Part shown: piece by piece, positions 40,330 to 50,328 of the stretch
How positions within the stretch are numbered: position 1 is the first letter of the stretch
Layout of the letters: each line of letters begins with the position of its first letter
NCBI GenBank assembly: GCA_964291405.2
Contig: OZ219926.1
Coordinates: forward strand, 1,056,001-1,120,000
Reading direction: 5' to 3'
DNA: 64,000 bases
DNA from: Thermodesulfobacteriota bacterium
Lineage (GTDB): Bacteria; Desulfobacterota; Binatia; Bin18
Position numbers and translations under genes: made by a program
The notes under the pieces: generated by a model
What the model saw: the letters and a program-made list of their open reading frames with translations, nothing else
The model's database searches: none
What the model was told of the DNA's origin: nothing

Positions 40330-42272
40330 ATATCTAAAACTTTTTTCTTATCTGTGGTGGTTTCACGTTTCGACATAACTGTCCCCCTCCCTTCGGACTC
40401 AGCCTGATATTTCTTCTTTATCGATGTGCCATACGCCTGAGCAGCGGCATAAAAGTCTCCTTGGTTGGCAAAGTCCCCAAGCTGTACACGTTTCATATGT
40501 GTTCTGTTATCGTCGAGTTCGACCACACACTCGACAAATCCTGTTAAGGCTTCGGGATTGCTAGGAGTCCAGCCTTGATCCTTCAAGTCAGGAATGCTGA
40601 AGACGTCCGAACGGAGCAGGGGTTTAGCAGCGGTGGTTATCTGTTTGCTCTGGTCCCGGCGCTCCGTCAACCAAGCGTCGAACTCCTCCTGGCTGATGCT
40701 CGTCTCCTGCCAGAACGCGGCCTGATCGTAGGACAGTTCCCGGAAGCGGCGCAGCAGGAAGTCGCGGTCCAGAAAGGCCAGCAGGTTACCTGCCTTGGGG
40801 CCGGAGTCGCGGTCGAGCAACGTCCGATAGATAGCCTGAAAGGCGCGAGCCGGCGCGAGCGGCGTGAGACGCGCGGTGTCGAATAACGCGGCCTGCAAAG
40901 CGTTATCGTCCTGCGGAATATCGGGCAGGCGGGCGGCGAATTGGTGCAGAAAGGCGCGCTGGCTGGCGGTCAGCTCTGCTGCTCGCTCCGGTAGCGTCTC
41001 CTGCAAGACGATCCGCTCCTCAGGACTGGCGTAATGCTCCAGCCAGTAGCGGGCCGCCTGGGACCGGCGTTCGAGTTGCTGCCGTTCAATGGCCGTCAGG
41101 GCCGCGCCCTTGCGCTTTTCGATCTCTCCGCTGAGGTCAAGATGCGGCAGTTGCGCTATCGTTGCGACCAGTTGAAAGTCCGCAGCGTAGAAATCATCCT
41201 CCAGGGTGGTCTGCGCCAGTTGATACACGCGCTTATCGTCTCCCGATACCTGAGGATCGCGATACGTCCGGGTATGGAATCGATCAAAGTCATTGAAAAT
41301 CTTGATAATGGATTTTTCGTCCGGAGAGAAATTTACCGGCTGCTTGGGCTGGGTACGGATCATGACGAACCGCAGGATTTCGGGCGGCAGGAAATCCGCC
41401 ATCTCCCGGGCGGAGACACCCAGTCCCTTGGACGAACTCATCTTGGCGCCGCCGACCAGAAAAAACTCGTACGGGATGTTGAGCGGTGGAGGCTGATGGA
41501 AAATTTTCCGTAAACAGGCTGCGGCTACGTCCCGAGAGCCGCCCTTTGTGGTGTGATCTTTGCCTGCGCCCTCAATCGTAATATTGAATGTTTTCCATTT
41601 TGCGGTCCATTCGAGCTTCCACGGGAGTTTGCCCTTGCCGTCAAACGGCGAAACTTTTCCCTGGTAGCCGCACCCGGAAGCCCAGGTGACGAGGTCGGGC
41701 CGACAGGTATAGGTGACTTCTTTACCGTCGTAGTCGGTGACCTCGGTCGTGCCAATGCGTCCGCACTGTTCACACACGGTCTGGAAGGGATACCAGTTAT
41801 CCGATCGCTCGGACTTACTGACCTCTTTATATACGCGTCGGACTGTCGCGGCGTTACGTAAAATATCATCAATGGCCTCGTTGAATTGACCCGAGCGATA
41901 GATATCGCGCATCCGGTAGGTCTCGGCCTCGACATCCAGGTCACGGAATACACTGAAAAAATCCTGAATATAGTGCTCGGAGATATCGGAAAAGGACGAG
42001 CCGGGCGGGGGCGGCACCTGACATAGCGGCGCGCCGAGATAGGGTCGAAAGAATTCTTCTTCGCCGGCCGGCAGTTCATCTAATGGATCATAGTCATCAA
42101 CCCCAAAAGCATACCGGACCGGCAACCCACGGGCCTGAATAGCCCGGAAAACGACATCGTGAATGAGTACGCCCCGCAGAGCGCCAACGTGAGCTCGGCC
42201 CGAGGGGGTCTTCGAATCGTTGATCAGTTGTTCTCCCTCAACCTGGGCAGCGATTTTATCACACCAAAGCAT
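40326..42272 (-). CDS. lysS: Class I lysyl-tRNA synthetase
   Basis: TPSG.AHVG (HIGH-like), C..CG Zn motif, GKLPWK.EW, EGAGKDH, KMSSSKG. Confidence 0.93.
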   Translation of the reverse strand: MLWCDKIAAQVEGEQLINDSKTPSGRAHVGALRGVLIHDVVFRAIQARGLPVRYAFGVDDYDPLDELPAGEEEFFRPYLGAPLCQVPPPPGSSFSDISEHYIQDFFSVFRDLDVEAETYRMRDIYRSGQFNEAIDDILRNAATVRRVYKEVSKSERSDNWYPFQTVCEQCGRIGTTEVTDYDGKEVTYTCRPDLVTWASGCGYQGKVSPFDGKGKLPWKLEWTAKWKTFNITIEGAGKDHTTKGGSRDVAAACLRKIFHQPPPLNIPYEFFLVGGAKMSSSKGLGVSAREMADFLPPEILRFVMIRTQPKQPVNFSPDEKSIIKIFNDFDRFHTRTYRDPQVSGDDKRVYQLAQTTLEDDFYAADFQLVATIAQLPHLDLSGEIEKRKGAALTAIERQQLERRSQAARYWLEHYASPEERIVLQETLPERAAELTASQRAFLHQFAARLPDIPQDDNALQAALFDTARLTPLAPARAFQAIYRTLLDRDSGPKAGNLLAFLDRDFLLRRFRELSYDQAAFWQETSISQEEFDAWLTERRDQSKQITTAAKPLLRSDVFSIPDLKDQGWTPSNPEALTGFVECVVELDDNRTHMKRVQLGDFANQGDFYAAAQAYGTSIKKKYQAESEGRGTVMSKRETTTDKKKVLDM

Positions 42273-42526
42273 GCATCCTCTCCAACCTGTGTATTCTCCC
42301 GCTCGGTGAGTGGGAATCCAGCCAAGAAACAGGCTCTGTTATGCTATGAAAACATAAAAAAGGCAAAGGCGGAGCCTCTCTTCGTCGTCTGCGCTTATCG
42401 CTTCGTTCGGGCCTCATGGAGAACCGTTCTTCGCTTTACAGGCTTCGTGGCAAGTTCTATGAAGGAGAGAGGGTCGTTGTGAGGTAGTGAGGTAGGCGGG
42501 ACACAGCGGGAAGGAGACCGCGGATT

Positions 42527-43618
42527 GTGGAACAGGACCGAGCAGCCATTGTACATGCGCTCCGGGTCTCCGAGCAGATTCTTTCCCTGGTTCATAAACA
42601 TACAGAGCAAATTGAGCAGCTCCGGCCCGGCACTCGGCATTACCTCGACCTGGGGCAGGTCTCACATCTCAACGGTTTGGAAGCCGCAACCCTGCTCCGA
42701 CTCGTGCAGCACGGAAAAAGTCGGGGGGTGACGGTCCAGTTCACCGGCGTCCGTCAGCAGGCCCATCAAGCGTTTATTGGACTTGATCTCAGCCTGCTCG
42801 ATTCACCTGAACACACGCGAGGTAGACGGTCGCTGCTGGAGTCTGTTGGCGCACATACCCTGACCGCCGTGGCAACGGGCCGGCGACTCATCGAAATGAT
42901 CGGCGAACTCGCGTACTGGCTGTGCATTGCCCCCTGGCGCGGGAAAAGCGTCAAATGGGACCGAACCCACGAGCAAATCGTGAAGATTGGCGTGGACGGC
43001 ATCCCGATTGTGACCTTTCTCTCCTTTCTGGTCGGTGCGGTCCTGGCCCTGAACGCGGCCAGTCAGCTCCGGCAGTTCGGTGCCGCCATCTATATTGCGA
43101 ATCTCGTCGCCGTTTCCATGACGCGCGAGATGGCTCCCCTGATTACGGCGATTATTGTTGCGGGACGGAGTGGGTCGGCCATTACCGCAGAGTTGGGGAC
43201 CATGGTGGTGTCCGAAGAGATCGACGCCATGCGCACCATGGCCCTCAGCCCAGGTCGCTTTCTGCTGCTACCACGCATGCTGGCCCTGCTATGCGCCGTG
43301 CCAAGTCTGACCATGCTCTCGAATGTGACCGGCATTTTTGGCGGCTATTGGATTGGCGTTCTGGTCCTCGGGCTTGGCAGCCGGAATTATCTCCAGCAAA
43401 CCGGCCAAGCCCTGCTGATGAGCGATCTGGTCACAGGTATGATAAAAAGCCTGGTCTTCGCCGGCCTGATCGGTTTGGTCGCCTGCTACCGCGGCTTCTA
43501 TGTGCACGGCGGAGCCGAAGGCGTGGGGACGAATACCACGGCCTCCGTTGTCGCCTCTATTGTCCTGTGCATTCTGGCAGACGCCGTCTTTACCACGATA
43601 TTTTTTTATCTCTCCTGA
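42527..43618 (+). CDS. mlaE: MlaE-family ABC permease with N-terminal STAS-like domain
   Basis: REMAPLITAIIVAGRSGSAITAELGTM.V.EEIDAM, GGAEGVG..TT.SVV. Confidence 0.9.
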   Translation: MEQDRAAIVHALRVSEQILSLVHKHTEQIEQLRPGTRHYLDLGQVSHLNGLEAATLLRLVQHGKSRGVTVQFTGVRQQAHQAFIGLDLSLLDSPEHTRGRRSLLESVGAHTLTAVATGRRLIEMIGELAYWLCIAPWRGKSVKWDRTHEQIVKIGVDGIPIVTFLSFLVGAVLALNAASQLRQFGAAIYIANLVAVSMTREMAPLITAIIVAGRSGSAITAELGTMVVSEEIDAMRTMALSPGRFLLLPRMLALLCAVPSLTMLSNVTGIFGGYWIGVLVLGLGSRNYLQQTGQALLMSDLVTGMIKSLVFAGLIGLVACYRGFYVHGGAEGVGTNTTASVVASIVLCILADAVFTTIFFYLS

Positions 43619-43634
43619 CTAAGAGCGAGTTAAT

Positions 43635-44474
43635 TTGATGACAACAACACACGCATCTCCGTCCTCTCCCCCTGCCGTTCTTGTGGACGGGCTCGTGGCC
43701 GAGTACGATGGACGGGCTGTCCTTGACCGCGTCAGCATGCAGGCCCACCAAGGCGAAATCACGGTAGTGTTAGGGGAAAGCGGCTGCGGGAAGACAACTC
43801 TGCTGCGTCACATCGTCGGGCTGCTGACGCCAAAGGCGGGGCAGGTCTTTATCAACGGGCGGAATTTGTACGCGGCCGGCGAAGAGGAGCGGGAGCGGAT
43901 CTTGCGTGACATTGGCATGTCTTTTCAGGGCGGAGCCTTGTTCAGCTCGCTGACCCTGGAAGAGAATATTGCCCTGCCCATTATCGAGCATACCCAGGTG
44001 GACCGGGAAACCGCGACCCTGCTGGCCAGAATGAAGCTGTGTGTGGTGGGCCTGGAACACGCCGCCCAGTTGTTACCCGCCGAACTCAGCGGTGGCATGA
44101 AGAAACGAGCGGCCGTTGCCCGTGCGCTGGCCCTGGATCCCGGTTTGCTGCTCTTCGACGAACTCTCGGCCGGGCTTGATCCTGTCACTGCACGTGAATT
44201 GGACGAACTGATCCTCCGCTTAAAAGAACATTTGGGTATGACGATTGTGATTGTGACGCATGAACTCGGGAGTATTCAAATGATTGCCGACCGGGCCGTC
44301 ATGTTGGATGCCGGGAGAGTCCTGGCCGCGGGTCCCTTGGAGGAAGTCCGGCAGACAGACCACCCGAAGATTCAGACCTTTTTTGACCGTCGGCCTCGCG
44401 CCAGGACCCTGCGTGGGGATTTGCGTGACAGCCTGATCGTGAATGGAGAACGCTATGGGACAGGATCGGGTTAA
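43635..44474 (+). CDS. mlaF: MlaF/Mkl-family ABC ATPase
   Basis: GESGCGKTT, LSGGMKKRAAVARALALDP, DE..AGLDP. Confidence 0.9.
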   Translation: MMTTTHASPSSPPAVLVDGLVAEYDGRAVLDRVSMQAHQGEITVVLGESGCGKTTLLRHIVGLLTPKAGQVFINGRNLYAAGEEERERILRDIGMSFQGGALFSSLTLEENIALPIIEHTQVDRETATLLARMKLCVVGLEHAAQLLPAELSGGMKKRAAVARALALDPGLLLFDELSAGLDPVTARELDELILRLKEHLGMTIVIVTHELGSIQMIADRAVMLDAGRVLAAGPLEEVRQTDHPKIQTFFDRRPRARTLRGDLRDSLIVNGERYGTGSG

Positions 44475-45390
44475 GGTCGGTCTGTTCGTCACACTCAGCT
44501 TCTTTTTGTTTGCCAGCGCCCTCCTGTGGCTGGCCGGCTCACGTTTTTTTCAGCCGGTCGATACCTATACTATTCTCTTTACGGAATCGGTCAGCGGACT
44601 GTTACCCGGCGCTGCGGTCGAATACCAGGGAGTGACCGTGGGGAAAGTCGAAACCATCGGTCTGACCCAGGATACGCCGCCTCGTGCCCAGGTGGCCATT
44701 GCCCTCCAGCCCGGCACCCCCATCCGGCGTGATACCACAGCGCATCTGATCGGCTCCTTTGTGACCGGCATTCGCTATATCGAACTGGCGGGTGGGTCGA
44801 GTGCCGCTCCAATCCTGGACCCTGGGGCCGTCATTCCCGTGCAACGCGGGGGACTTGAGGAGTTCCGGGATCGGGCCGGGGCCATTGCCGAACGCTTGCT
44901 GGATACCCTGACACGCATTGAAAATGGGGTGCTGAGCGAACACAATTTGACTGCGCTTACGGATTTTCTGAAAAATATGTCGCTGCTGACCCAAGACCTG
45001 CGCACCTCGCTGGCCGAAGTGTCGACGCCGGATACGCGGCTGGCCTTACGGCAGATGGTCGAGAATCTAGCCCAGACCGCGGCCGGGCTGAAAAGCGCCA
45101 CAGCCGCCATCAACACGATTCGGGAAGAGCTGTTTCAAGATGGTAAAGCCATGCTGATCCAAATTCGGCATACCGCGGAGGTCACCGCCGATCTCGCCAA
45201 CGACGTGCGCCGCTTGACCCAACACATGGATGAGCTTGTGGTCGATAACCGACACGAGGTCCGGCAGGTCCTGAGCAATTTGTCGCACACTTCTCGCGAA
45301 CTCAGAGAGCTAAGCGAATCCTTACGCGCCGACCCATCTTCGCTCGTCTGGGGGACCACGGTCTCGGCAAAAGAAATTCCCGACCCATGA
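44455..45390 (+). CDS. mlaD: MlaD/MCE-domain protein with helical tail
   Basis: VGLFV TM anchor, SVSGL..GA.V.YQGV.VG.V, TGIRYIEL.GG. Confidence 0.88.
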   Translation: MGQDRVKVGLFVTLSFFLFASALLWLAGSRFFQPVDTYTILFTESVSGLLPGAAVEYQGVTVGKVETIGLTQDTPPRAQVAIALQPGTPIRRDTTAHLIGSFVTGIRYIELAGGSSAAPILDPGAVIPVQRGGLEEFRDRAGAIAERLLDTLTRIENGVLSEHNLTALTDFLKNMSLLTQDLRTSLAEVSTPDTRLALRQMVENLAQTAAGLKSATAAINTIREELFQDGKAMLIQIRHTAEVTADLANDVRRLTQHMDELVVDNRHEVRQVLSNLSHTSRELRELSESLRADPSSLVWGTTVSAKEIPDP

Positions 45391-46001
45391 GGTATCCCAG
45401 GCTCTTCTTACTGACTCTTCTCACCAGCCTTGTGATCGGCGGGTGCAGCCTCACGCACTCCAAGCAAGAAGTGCAGTATTACGCCTTAGCCATCTCTCCC
45501 CGCGCGTCTGCCCCGTCCAGTCCTGCGCCCGTCCAGGCGTCACTTGTTGTGCGACCGTTTACCGCCCAGCCGCCGTATAATCGCGACCGGATGGTCTATC
45601 GCGCCTCCCCCTATGAGTTTGATTTTTATCACTATCACCGCTGGGTCACGAAACCGGCCGACATGCTCACCACCCTGACCCGACGGACCCTGCAACAGTC
45701 GGGTCTCTTTACGACCGTCTATCCCACCCCGGACGCTCAGGCCGACTTGCGTCTCGGAGGCGTGGTCCGGCAGTACGAAGAGGTTGATCAGGCGCAATCC
45801 TGGCAAGCGGTTCTGAGTATCGAGGTGTGGCTGTCCCGCTCCCAGGAGCCGGCCCCTTTTTGGTTCCAGTCCTATAGCGCAACTCGGCTGGCGGCGAAAC
45901 GCAATCCCGCGGCTGTGGCGGAAGCGATGAGCCAGAATTTACAGGATATTCTTGAGCGACTGACCCACGATCTGGCCAACGTACTATCAACACAGCCCTG
46001 A
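45387..46001 (+). CDS. ABC-transport auxiliary (PqiC-like) outer-membrane lipoprotein
   Basis: Lipobox IGGC; YYAL, MVYR, YHRW...P; last gene of the MCE operon. Confidence 0.8.
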   Translation: MRYPRLFLLTLLTSLVIGGCSLTHSKQEVQYYALAISPRASAPSSPAPVQASLVVRPFTAQPPYNRDRMVYRASPYEFDFYHYHRWVTKPADMLTTLTRRTLQQSGLFTTVYPTPDAQADLRLGGVVRQYEEVDQAQSWQAVLSIEVWLSRSQEPAPFWFQSYSATRLAAKRNPAAVAEAMSQNLQDILERLTHDLANVLSTQP

Positions 46002-46121
46002 CTCGGCAGGTAAAGACCAGGGTATACGCAACGCGAATAGGGGGAGATCATAGATTCTTGATCGCGCTTCTAGTTTGTATTCACCTGGGAATTTGTCCCA
46101 CAAGATTTGAGTTCATAGACC

Positions 46122-46149
46122 GTAGGGGCAATTCATGAATTGCCCCTAC
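46122..46149. repeat. 28-bp GTAG REP palindrome, copy 3
   Basis: Identical to the copies at 14485 and 24929; lies between convergent genes. Confidence 0.95.
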
Positions 46150-46172
46150 ATACGTCCCGTAAAGGGTGGGCC

Positions 46173-48095
46173 TCACTCCCCGTTCACCGAAAATGCGATC
46201 AGGGCATTGCCCGACATGCCGCCCCACAGGCCGTAGCCGGACATCACGTACAGCATGCCGTCTACGATGGTCGGGCCCGGACCGTCAAAAGACCCACCCT
46301 TGGTCTTGACACCATTGGTGCTCGCATACTCCTGGTCGGCGTTATAGTCCCAGACGACATTGCCGGTGTCGGCGGCATAGCCGCGCAGATAGCCGTCAAC
46401 CGACCCGGAGAATACCACGCCGGGCAGGGCCGACACGGCCGCCGACTGGGCCGGACTGCATTGCGGTCGGTCTCCACAGCCGACCGGCGGAACATACCAT
46501 TGACGCTCGCCGCTCTCGATATCAATAGCAAACATGCCGCCCCCGACACTGCCATCCAGGGTCGTGGCCCAGCCCGTGTCTGAATTCTCTACCGTCCTGA
46601 GGCCGATATCGGACAGCGCCACATAGACCTGTTTGGCATCCGCCGCCGAACCCCACTGAATCCCGCCGGCCAGGCCGCCTTTGCCCACGCGGTGCTGCCA
46701 GAGAATCTCACCATCGCGATCCGGGTCTATGGCGTGCATCACCCCGGACTTCTGGCCGGCCAGGATGACCCGCCGGCCATCCGGCAGAATGCGCAGGATA
46801 GGCGAGGAGGCAAAGTCGAGGTCGGGACCACGCGCCTCGGGGCAGTTGGTATCGTCCTCGGTCTCGCAGGCGACATTCCAGGCGTCACCTGCAGTGAACT
46901 GTTTTGACCACAGGACTTGTCCGCTCCTCATATCAAAGGCCATCACCGCATCGCTCGTCAGCGAGGCCGGGTCGGAGTAATTATCGCCCGTGGTCACATA
47001 GATGCGATTGCGCTCCGGGTCGAGCGCCGGCGAGGACCAGACCGAGGCGCCGGACGGCCCCCAGAGCTGTACGCCGATCGCATTCTTGCGAACAGGCGCC
47101 GGCGGCTCCGGGATGGTATACGCCCGCCAGACCAGCTTGCCGTTAAAGCGGTTTAAGGCCACCATGGAGCCGCGGAAGGTGCAGCACTCATAGCTGGGGT
47201 CACCGCCGGCCACCTCTTCGAGCGCGGTGGCCGAAGCATAGATGCGGTTACCGTGCGTTTTGGGGGTGCCGGTGATACGCGCCAGGGGATGGTCATCGAT
47301 TCTGACCCGCCAGAGCTGCCGGCCGGTCTGGGCGTCAAGGGCGTAGAGATTGGCCTCGACATCGCCGATGTAGACGACATGGCGCGGCGGGGTGGTGGCG
47401 GGCAGGTTATCAACTACCGGGGTGGCGCGCACCCCGGCCGCAGTTTTGACCGACCAGTGCAGGCAGCCGGTCTTGGCGTCAAGCGCATATACCAGGCCCT
47501 TCATCGAGCCGATAAACACCCGCCCGCCAACCACGGTCGGCTGGGAGACCCGAAAATCCATGGGCAATCCAAACACCCATTTGACCTTCAGCTCAGGCAC
47601 CTGGGCGGCGTTGATCCCGGCGGCCTCGGCGGATTGGAAGCGGGTATTGAAGTTATCGACTCCCCAGCCGTTCCACTGCGGAGCGCCGTCTTCAACCACG
47701 AACTCGCCCGGTGCGTCTTCACAGAACCCGGCGACCGTCTCGTCCTTTTCGGTCGGAGGCGGCAGTTGCTTGCCGGTGATCCACTCCGATATGGCGCGCC
47801 GCTCCTGATTGGTCCGGGTCATACCCTGGAATTGCATCTTGCCGAGTTCCATGGAGTGCAAGACCATCACGGCCGGCAGGCGCTGCATGACACTGCGGTG
47901 CGGTGCGCGTTTGACCTGCCCCTCGTGGCAGCGCGCGCAGTGCGCCTGGTAGAGCGCCTCGCCGTCAGTTCCCCCTTCGGTTGGTGTGAGAGCCCAACTC
48001 GATGGAACCACCAAGCTCGACAACAGCACACCGCACACAAAAGTCTGGATCATGATGCGTATTTTTTGCTCTGGAGACCTATCACGGACAGACAT
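46173..48095 (-). CDS. Quinohaemoprotein (cytochrome c + PQQ) dehydrogenase, PVA-dehydrogenase-like, copy 1
   Basis: Signal peptide, CARCH haem motif, WNGWG, YECCTFRG, TGDNYS, GPDLDF, Trp-docking propeller repeats. Confidence 0.9.
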   Translation of the reverse strand: MSVRDRSPEQKIRIMIQTFVCGVLLSSLVVPSSWALTPTEGGTDGEALYQAHCARCHEGQVKRAPHRSVMQRLPAVMVLHSMELGKMQFQGMTRTNQERRAISEWITGKQLPPPTEKDETVAGFCEDAPGEFVVEDGAPQWNGWGVDNFNTRFQSAEAAGINAAQVPELKVKWVFGLPMDFRVSQPTVVGGRVFIGSMKGLVYALDAKTGCLHWSVKTAAGVRATPVVDNLPATTPPRHVVYIGDVEANLYALDAQTGRQLWRVRIDDHPLARITGTPKTHGNRIYASATALEEVAGGDPSYECCTFRGSMVALNRFNGKLVWRAYTIPEPPAPVRKNAIGVQLWGPSGASVWSSPALDPERNRIYVTTGDNYSDPASLTSDAVMAFDMRSGQVLWSKQFTAGDAWNVACETEDDTNCPEARGPDLDFASSPILRILPDGRRVILAGQKSGVMHAIDPDRDGEILWQHRVGKGGLAGGIQWGSAADAKQVYVALSDIGLRTVENSDTGWATTLDGSVGGGMFAIDIESGERQWYVPPVGCGDRPQCSPAQSAAVSALPGVVFSGSVDGYLRGYAADTGNVVWDYNADQEYASTNGVKTKGGSFDGPGPTIVDGMLYVMSGYGLWGGMSGNALIAFSVNGE

Positions 48096-48132
48096 ACACC
48101 GACCTCCTTTTTCCGATCTCTCTTTTCCCCCT

Positions 48133-48165
48133 TTTTGCCTCGGAGAAGCGTTTTGTGTCAAACCC
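48133..48165 (-). promoter_or_regulatory. Conserved upstream motif of copy 1
   Basis: Minus strand GGGTTTGACA-N15-AGGCAAAA, also found upstream of copies 2 and 3. Confidence 0.7.
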
Positions 48166-48180
48166 CTCCAACCTGCAGAC

Positions 48181-48212
48181 AAAAAAAGGGTCGCCCCTGT
48201 GGGCGACCCTTT
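48181..48212 (-). terminator. Intrinsic terminator after copy 2
   Basis: Minus strand AAAGGGTCGCCC-ACAG-GGGCGACCC followed by T7. Confidence 0.85.
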
Positions 48213-48240
48213 CCTTCGTTTCCTCAGACGCAAGAGCCAG

Positions 48241-50163
48241 CTACTCGCCATTCACCGAGAACGCAATCAAGGCATTTCCTGACATACCCCCCCAAAAACC
48301 ATAGCCGGAATTGACGTACATCATACCACCCGCAATCGTTGGGCCAGGGCCGTCAAACGACCCGCCTCTCGTCTTGACCCCGTTGGTGCTCTCATACTCC
48401 TGGTCGGCGTTGTAATCCCACACCACCTCCCCGGTGTCGGTCGCATAGCCACGCAGATGACCATCGACAGAACCGGAAAACACCACACCCGGAAGAGCGG
48501 AAACCGCAGCGGATTGAGCCGGACTACACTTGGGCCGGCCCTCGCAACTGACCGGTGGAACATGCCATTTACGCTCTCCGCTTTCGATGTCGAGCGCAAA
48601 CATGCCACCGCCCACACTGCCATCCAGCCGCACCGCCCAGCCCGTATCAGAATCCGAAATCGGGACCATACCAATATCGGACAGCGCCACATAGACCTGC
48701 TGAGCGTCGGCTGCCGATCCCCACTGAATCCCGCCGGCCAGGCCGCCCTTGCCGACGCGATGTTGCCACAGAATCTCACCGTTGCGATCGGGATCTATGG
48801 CGTGCATCACGCCCGACTTTTGCCCGGCGAGAATGACACGCCGGCCATTCGGCAAAATACGCAGGATCGGTGACGACGCAAAGTCAAGATCCGGACCGCG
48901 AGCTTCAGGGCAATTGATATCTTCATCCATCTCACAGCCGACATTCCAGGCGTCACCCGCGGTGAACTGTTTTGACCACAGCAGTTCGCCAGTACGCATA
49001 TCGAAAGCGACAACGGCATCGCTCGTGAGTGAGGCCGGGTCAGAATAATTGTCGCCCGTGGCGGCATAGATCCGGTTACGCTCGGGATCGAGGGCGGGCG
49101 AAGACCAGATCGAAGCGCCGGACGGTCCCCACAGTTGGGTCCCGATCACATTCTTGCGGACCGGTGCGGGGGGATCAGGCAGCGTATATCCCGTCCACAC
49201 TAATTTGCCGTTGAACCGATTGAGCGCCATCAATTTGCCACGAAAGGTACAGCATTCATACTGAGGATCGGAACCCGCCACCTCTTCGAGCGCGGTGGTC
49301 GAAACGTAGATGCGGTTGCCGTGCGTTTTGGGCGTGCCGGTAATGGTGGCGAGGGGATGGTCATCCACGTCCACTTTCCACAATTGCTTCCCCGTGCGGG
49401 CGTCGAGCGCATAGACATTCGCCTCCGTGTCTCCCACATACACAACATAGCGCGGCGGATTCGTCCCTGGCAGAGTATCCACCACCAGAGTCGAGCGAAC
49501 ACCACCGGAGGTCTTGACAGACCAATATAAACACCCGCTTTTGGCATCAAGCGCATACACCCGCCCTTTGGTCGAACCGATAAAAACACGACCGCCCGCA
49601 ACGGTCGGCTGGGAGGCACGGAAATCCATGGGCAGCCCAAACACCCATTTGACCTTCAGCTCAGGAACCTGGTCGGCACTGATACCAGCCTGTTCCGCAG
49701 ACTGATAACGGGTGTTGAAGACGTCCACCCCCCAGCCATTCCACTGTGGAGCACCGTCTTCAATGGAAAACGTGCCTGGAGTCTCCTCACAAAATCCGGC
49801 AACCGTCGCCTCTTCATCCGAGGGTGGAGGGAGCTTCTTACCCGTGATCCATTCGGACATGGCCCGCTTTTCGCCACTGGTCCGAATCCAGCCTTGGACG
49901 CGCATCTTCCCGACTTCGAGCGAGTGCAACACCATTTCAGCGGGCAGGCGTGACATGACGTCACGGTGTGGCGCTCGCTTCACTTGTCCTTCGTGACAGT
50001 GGGCGCAGTAACGACCATAGAGCTGCTCTCCGTCAATCTCCTGTTCCGACGGCGAGAAAGCCCAACTGGGCGCAGCTATGAAAAGCCCGAGCGCCAGGGT
50101 CAGCACGCTCGACACGCCTCTCGTCATACTTTTGTTCGGCCACGTTCGATATGTTTCGATCAT
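48241..50163 (-). CDS. PVA-dehydrogenase-like quinohaemoprotein, copy 2
   Basis: CAHCH, YECCTFRG, TGDNYS, GPDLDF. Confidence 0.9.
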   Translation of the reverse strand: MIETYRTWPNKSMTRGVSSVLTLALGLFIAAPSWAFSPSEQEIDGEQLYGRYCAHCHEGQVKRAPHRDVMSRLPAEMVLHSLEVGKMRVQGWIRTSGEKRAMSEWITGKKLPPPSDEEATVAGFCEETPGTFSIEDGAPQWNGWGVDVFNTRYQSAEQAGISADQVPELKVKWVFGLPMDFRASQPTVAGGRVFIGSTKGRVYALDAKSGCLYWSVKTSGGVRSTLVVDTLPGTNPPRYVVYVGDTEANVYALDARTGKQLWKVDVDDHPLATITGTPKTHGNRIYVSTTALEEVAGSDPQYECCTFRGKLMALNRFNGKLVWTGYTLPDPPAPVRKNVIGTQLWGPSGASIWSSPALDPERNRIYAATGDNYSDPASLTSDAVVAFDMRTGELLWSKQFTAGDAWNVGCEMDEDINCPEARGPDLDFASSPILRILPNGRRVILAGQKSGVMHAIDPDRNGEILWQHRVGKGGLAGGIQWGSAADAQQVYVALSDIGMVPISDSDTGWAVRLDGSVGGGMFALDIESGERKWHVPPVSCEGRPKCSPAQSAAVSALPGVVFSGSVDGHLRGYATDTGEVVWDYNADQEYESTNGVKTRGGSFDGPGPTIAGGMMYVNSGYGFWGGMSGNALIAFSVNGE

Positions 50164-50192
50164 GAGTGCACTCCCTCCCTCTCTCCTCATTC

Positions 50193-50225
50193 TTTTGCCT
50201 CTTGGCAGTAGTCTGTGTCAAACCC
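50193..50225 (-). promoter_or_regulatory. Conserved upstream motif of copy 2
   Basis: GGGTTTGACA-N15-AGGCAAAA. Confidence 0.7.
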
Positions 50226-50279
50226 CTGTGTCTCTCACGGGGCTCTTCCGGGAGACATCCCCCCTTCCCTGAGACACAG

Positions 50280-50310
50280 AAAAAAGGGCGACCGTTTGGT
50301 CACCCTTTTC
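50280..50310 (-). terminator. Intrinsic terminator after copy 3
   Basis: Minus strand AAAAGGGTGACC-AAAC-GGTCGCCC followed by T6. Confidence 0.85.
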
Positions 50311-50328
50311 ACACGACAGGAGCGCGCA

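Noticed and set aside
46070-46121. CTAG-starting segment before REP copy 3 as the end of a second MITE
   Set aside because: No matching inverted end was found on the other side of the REP
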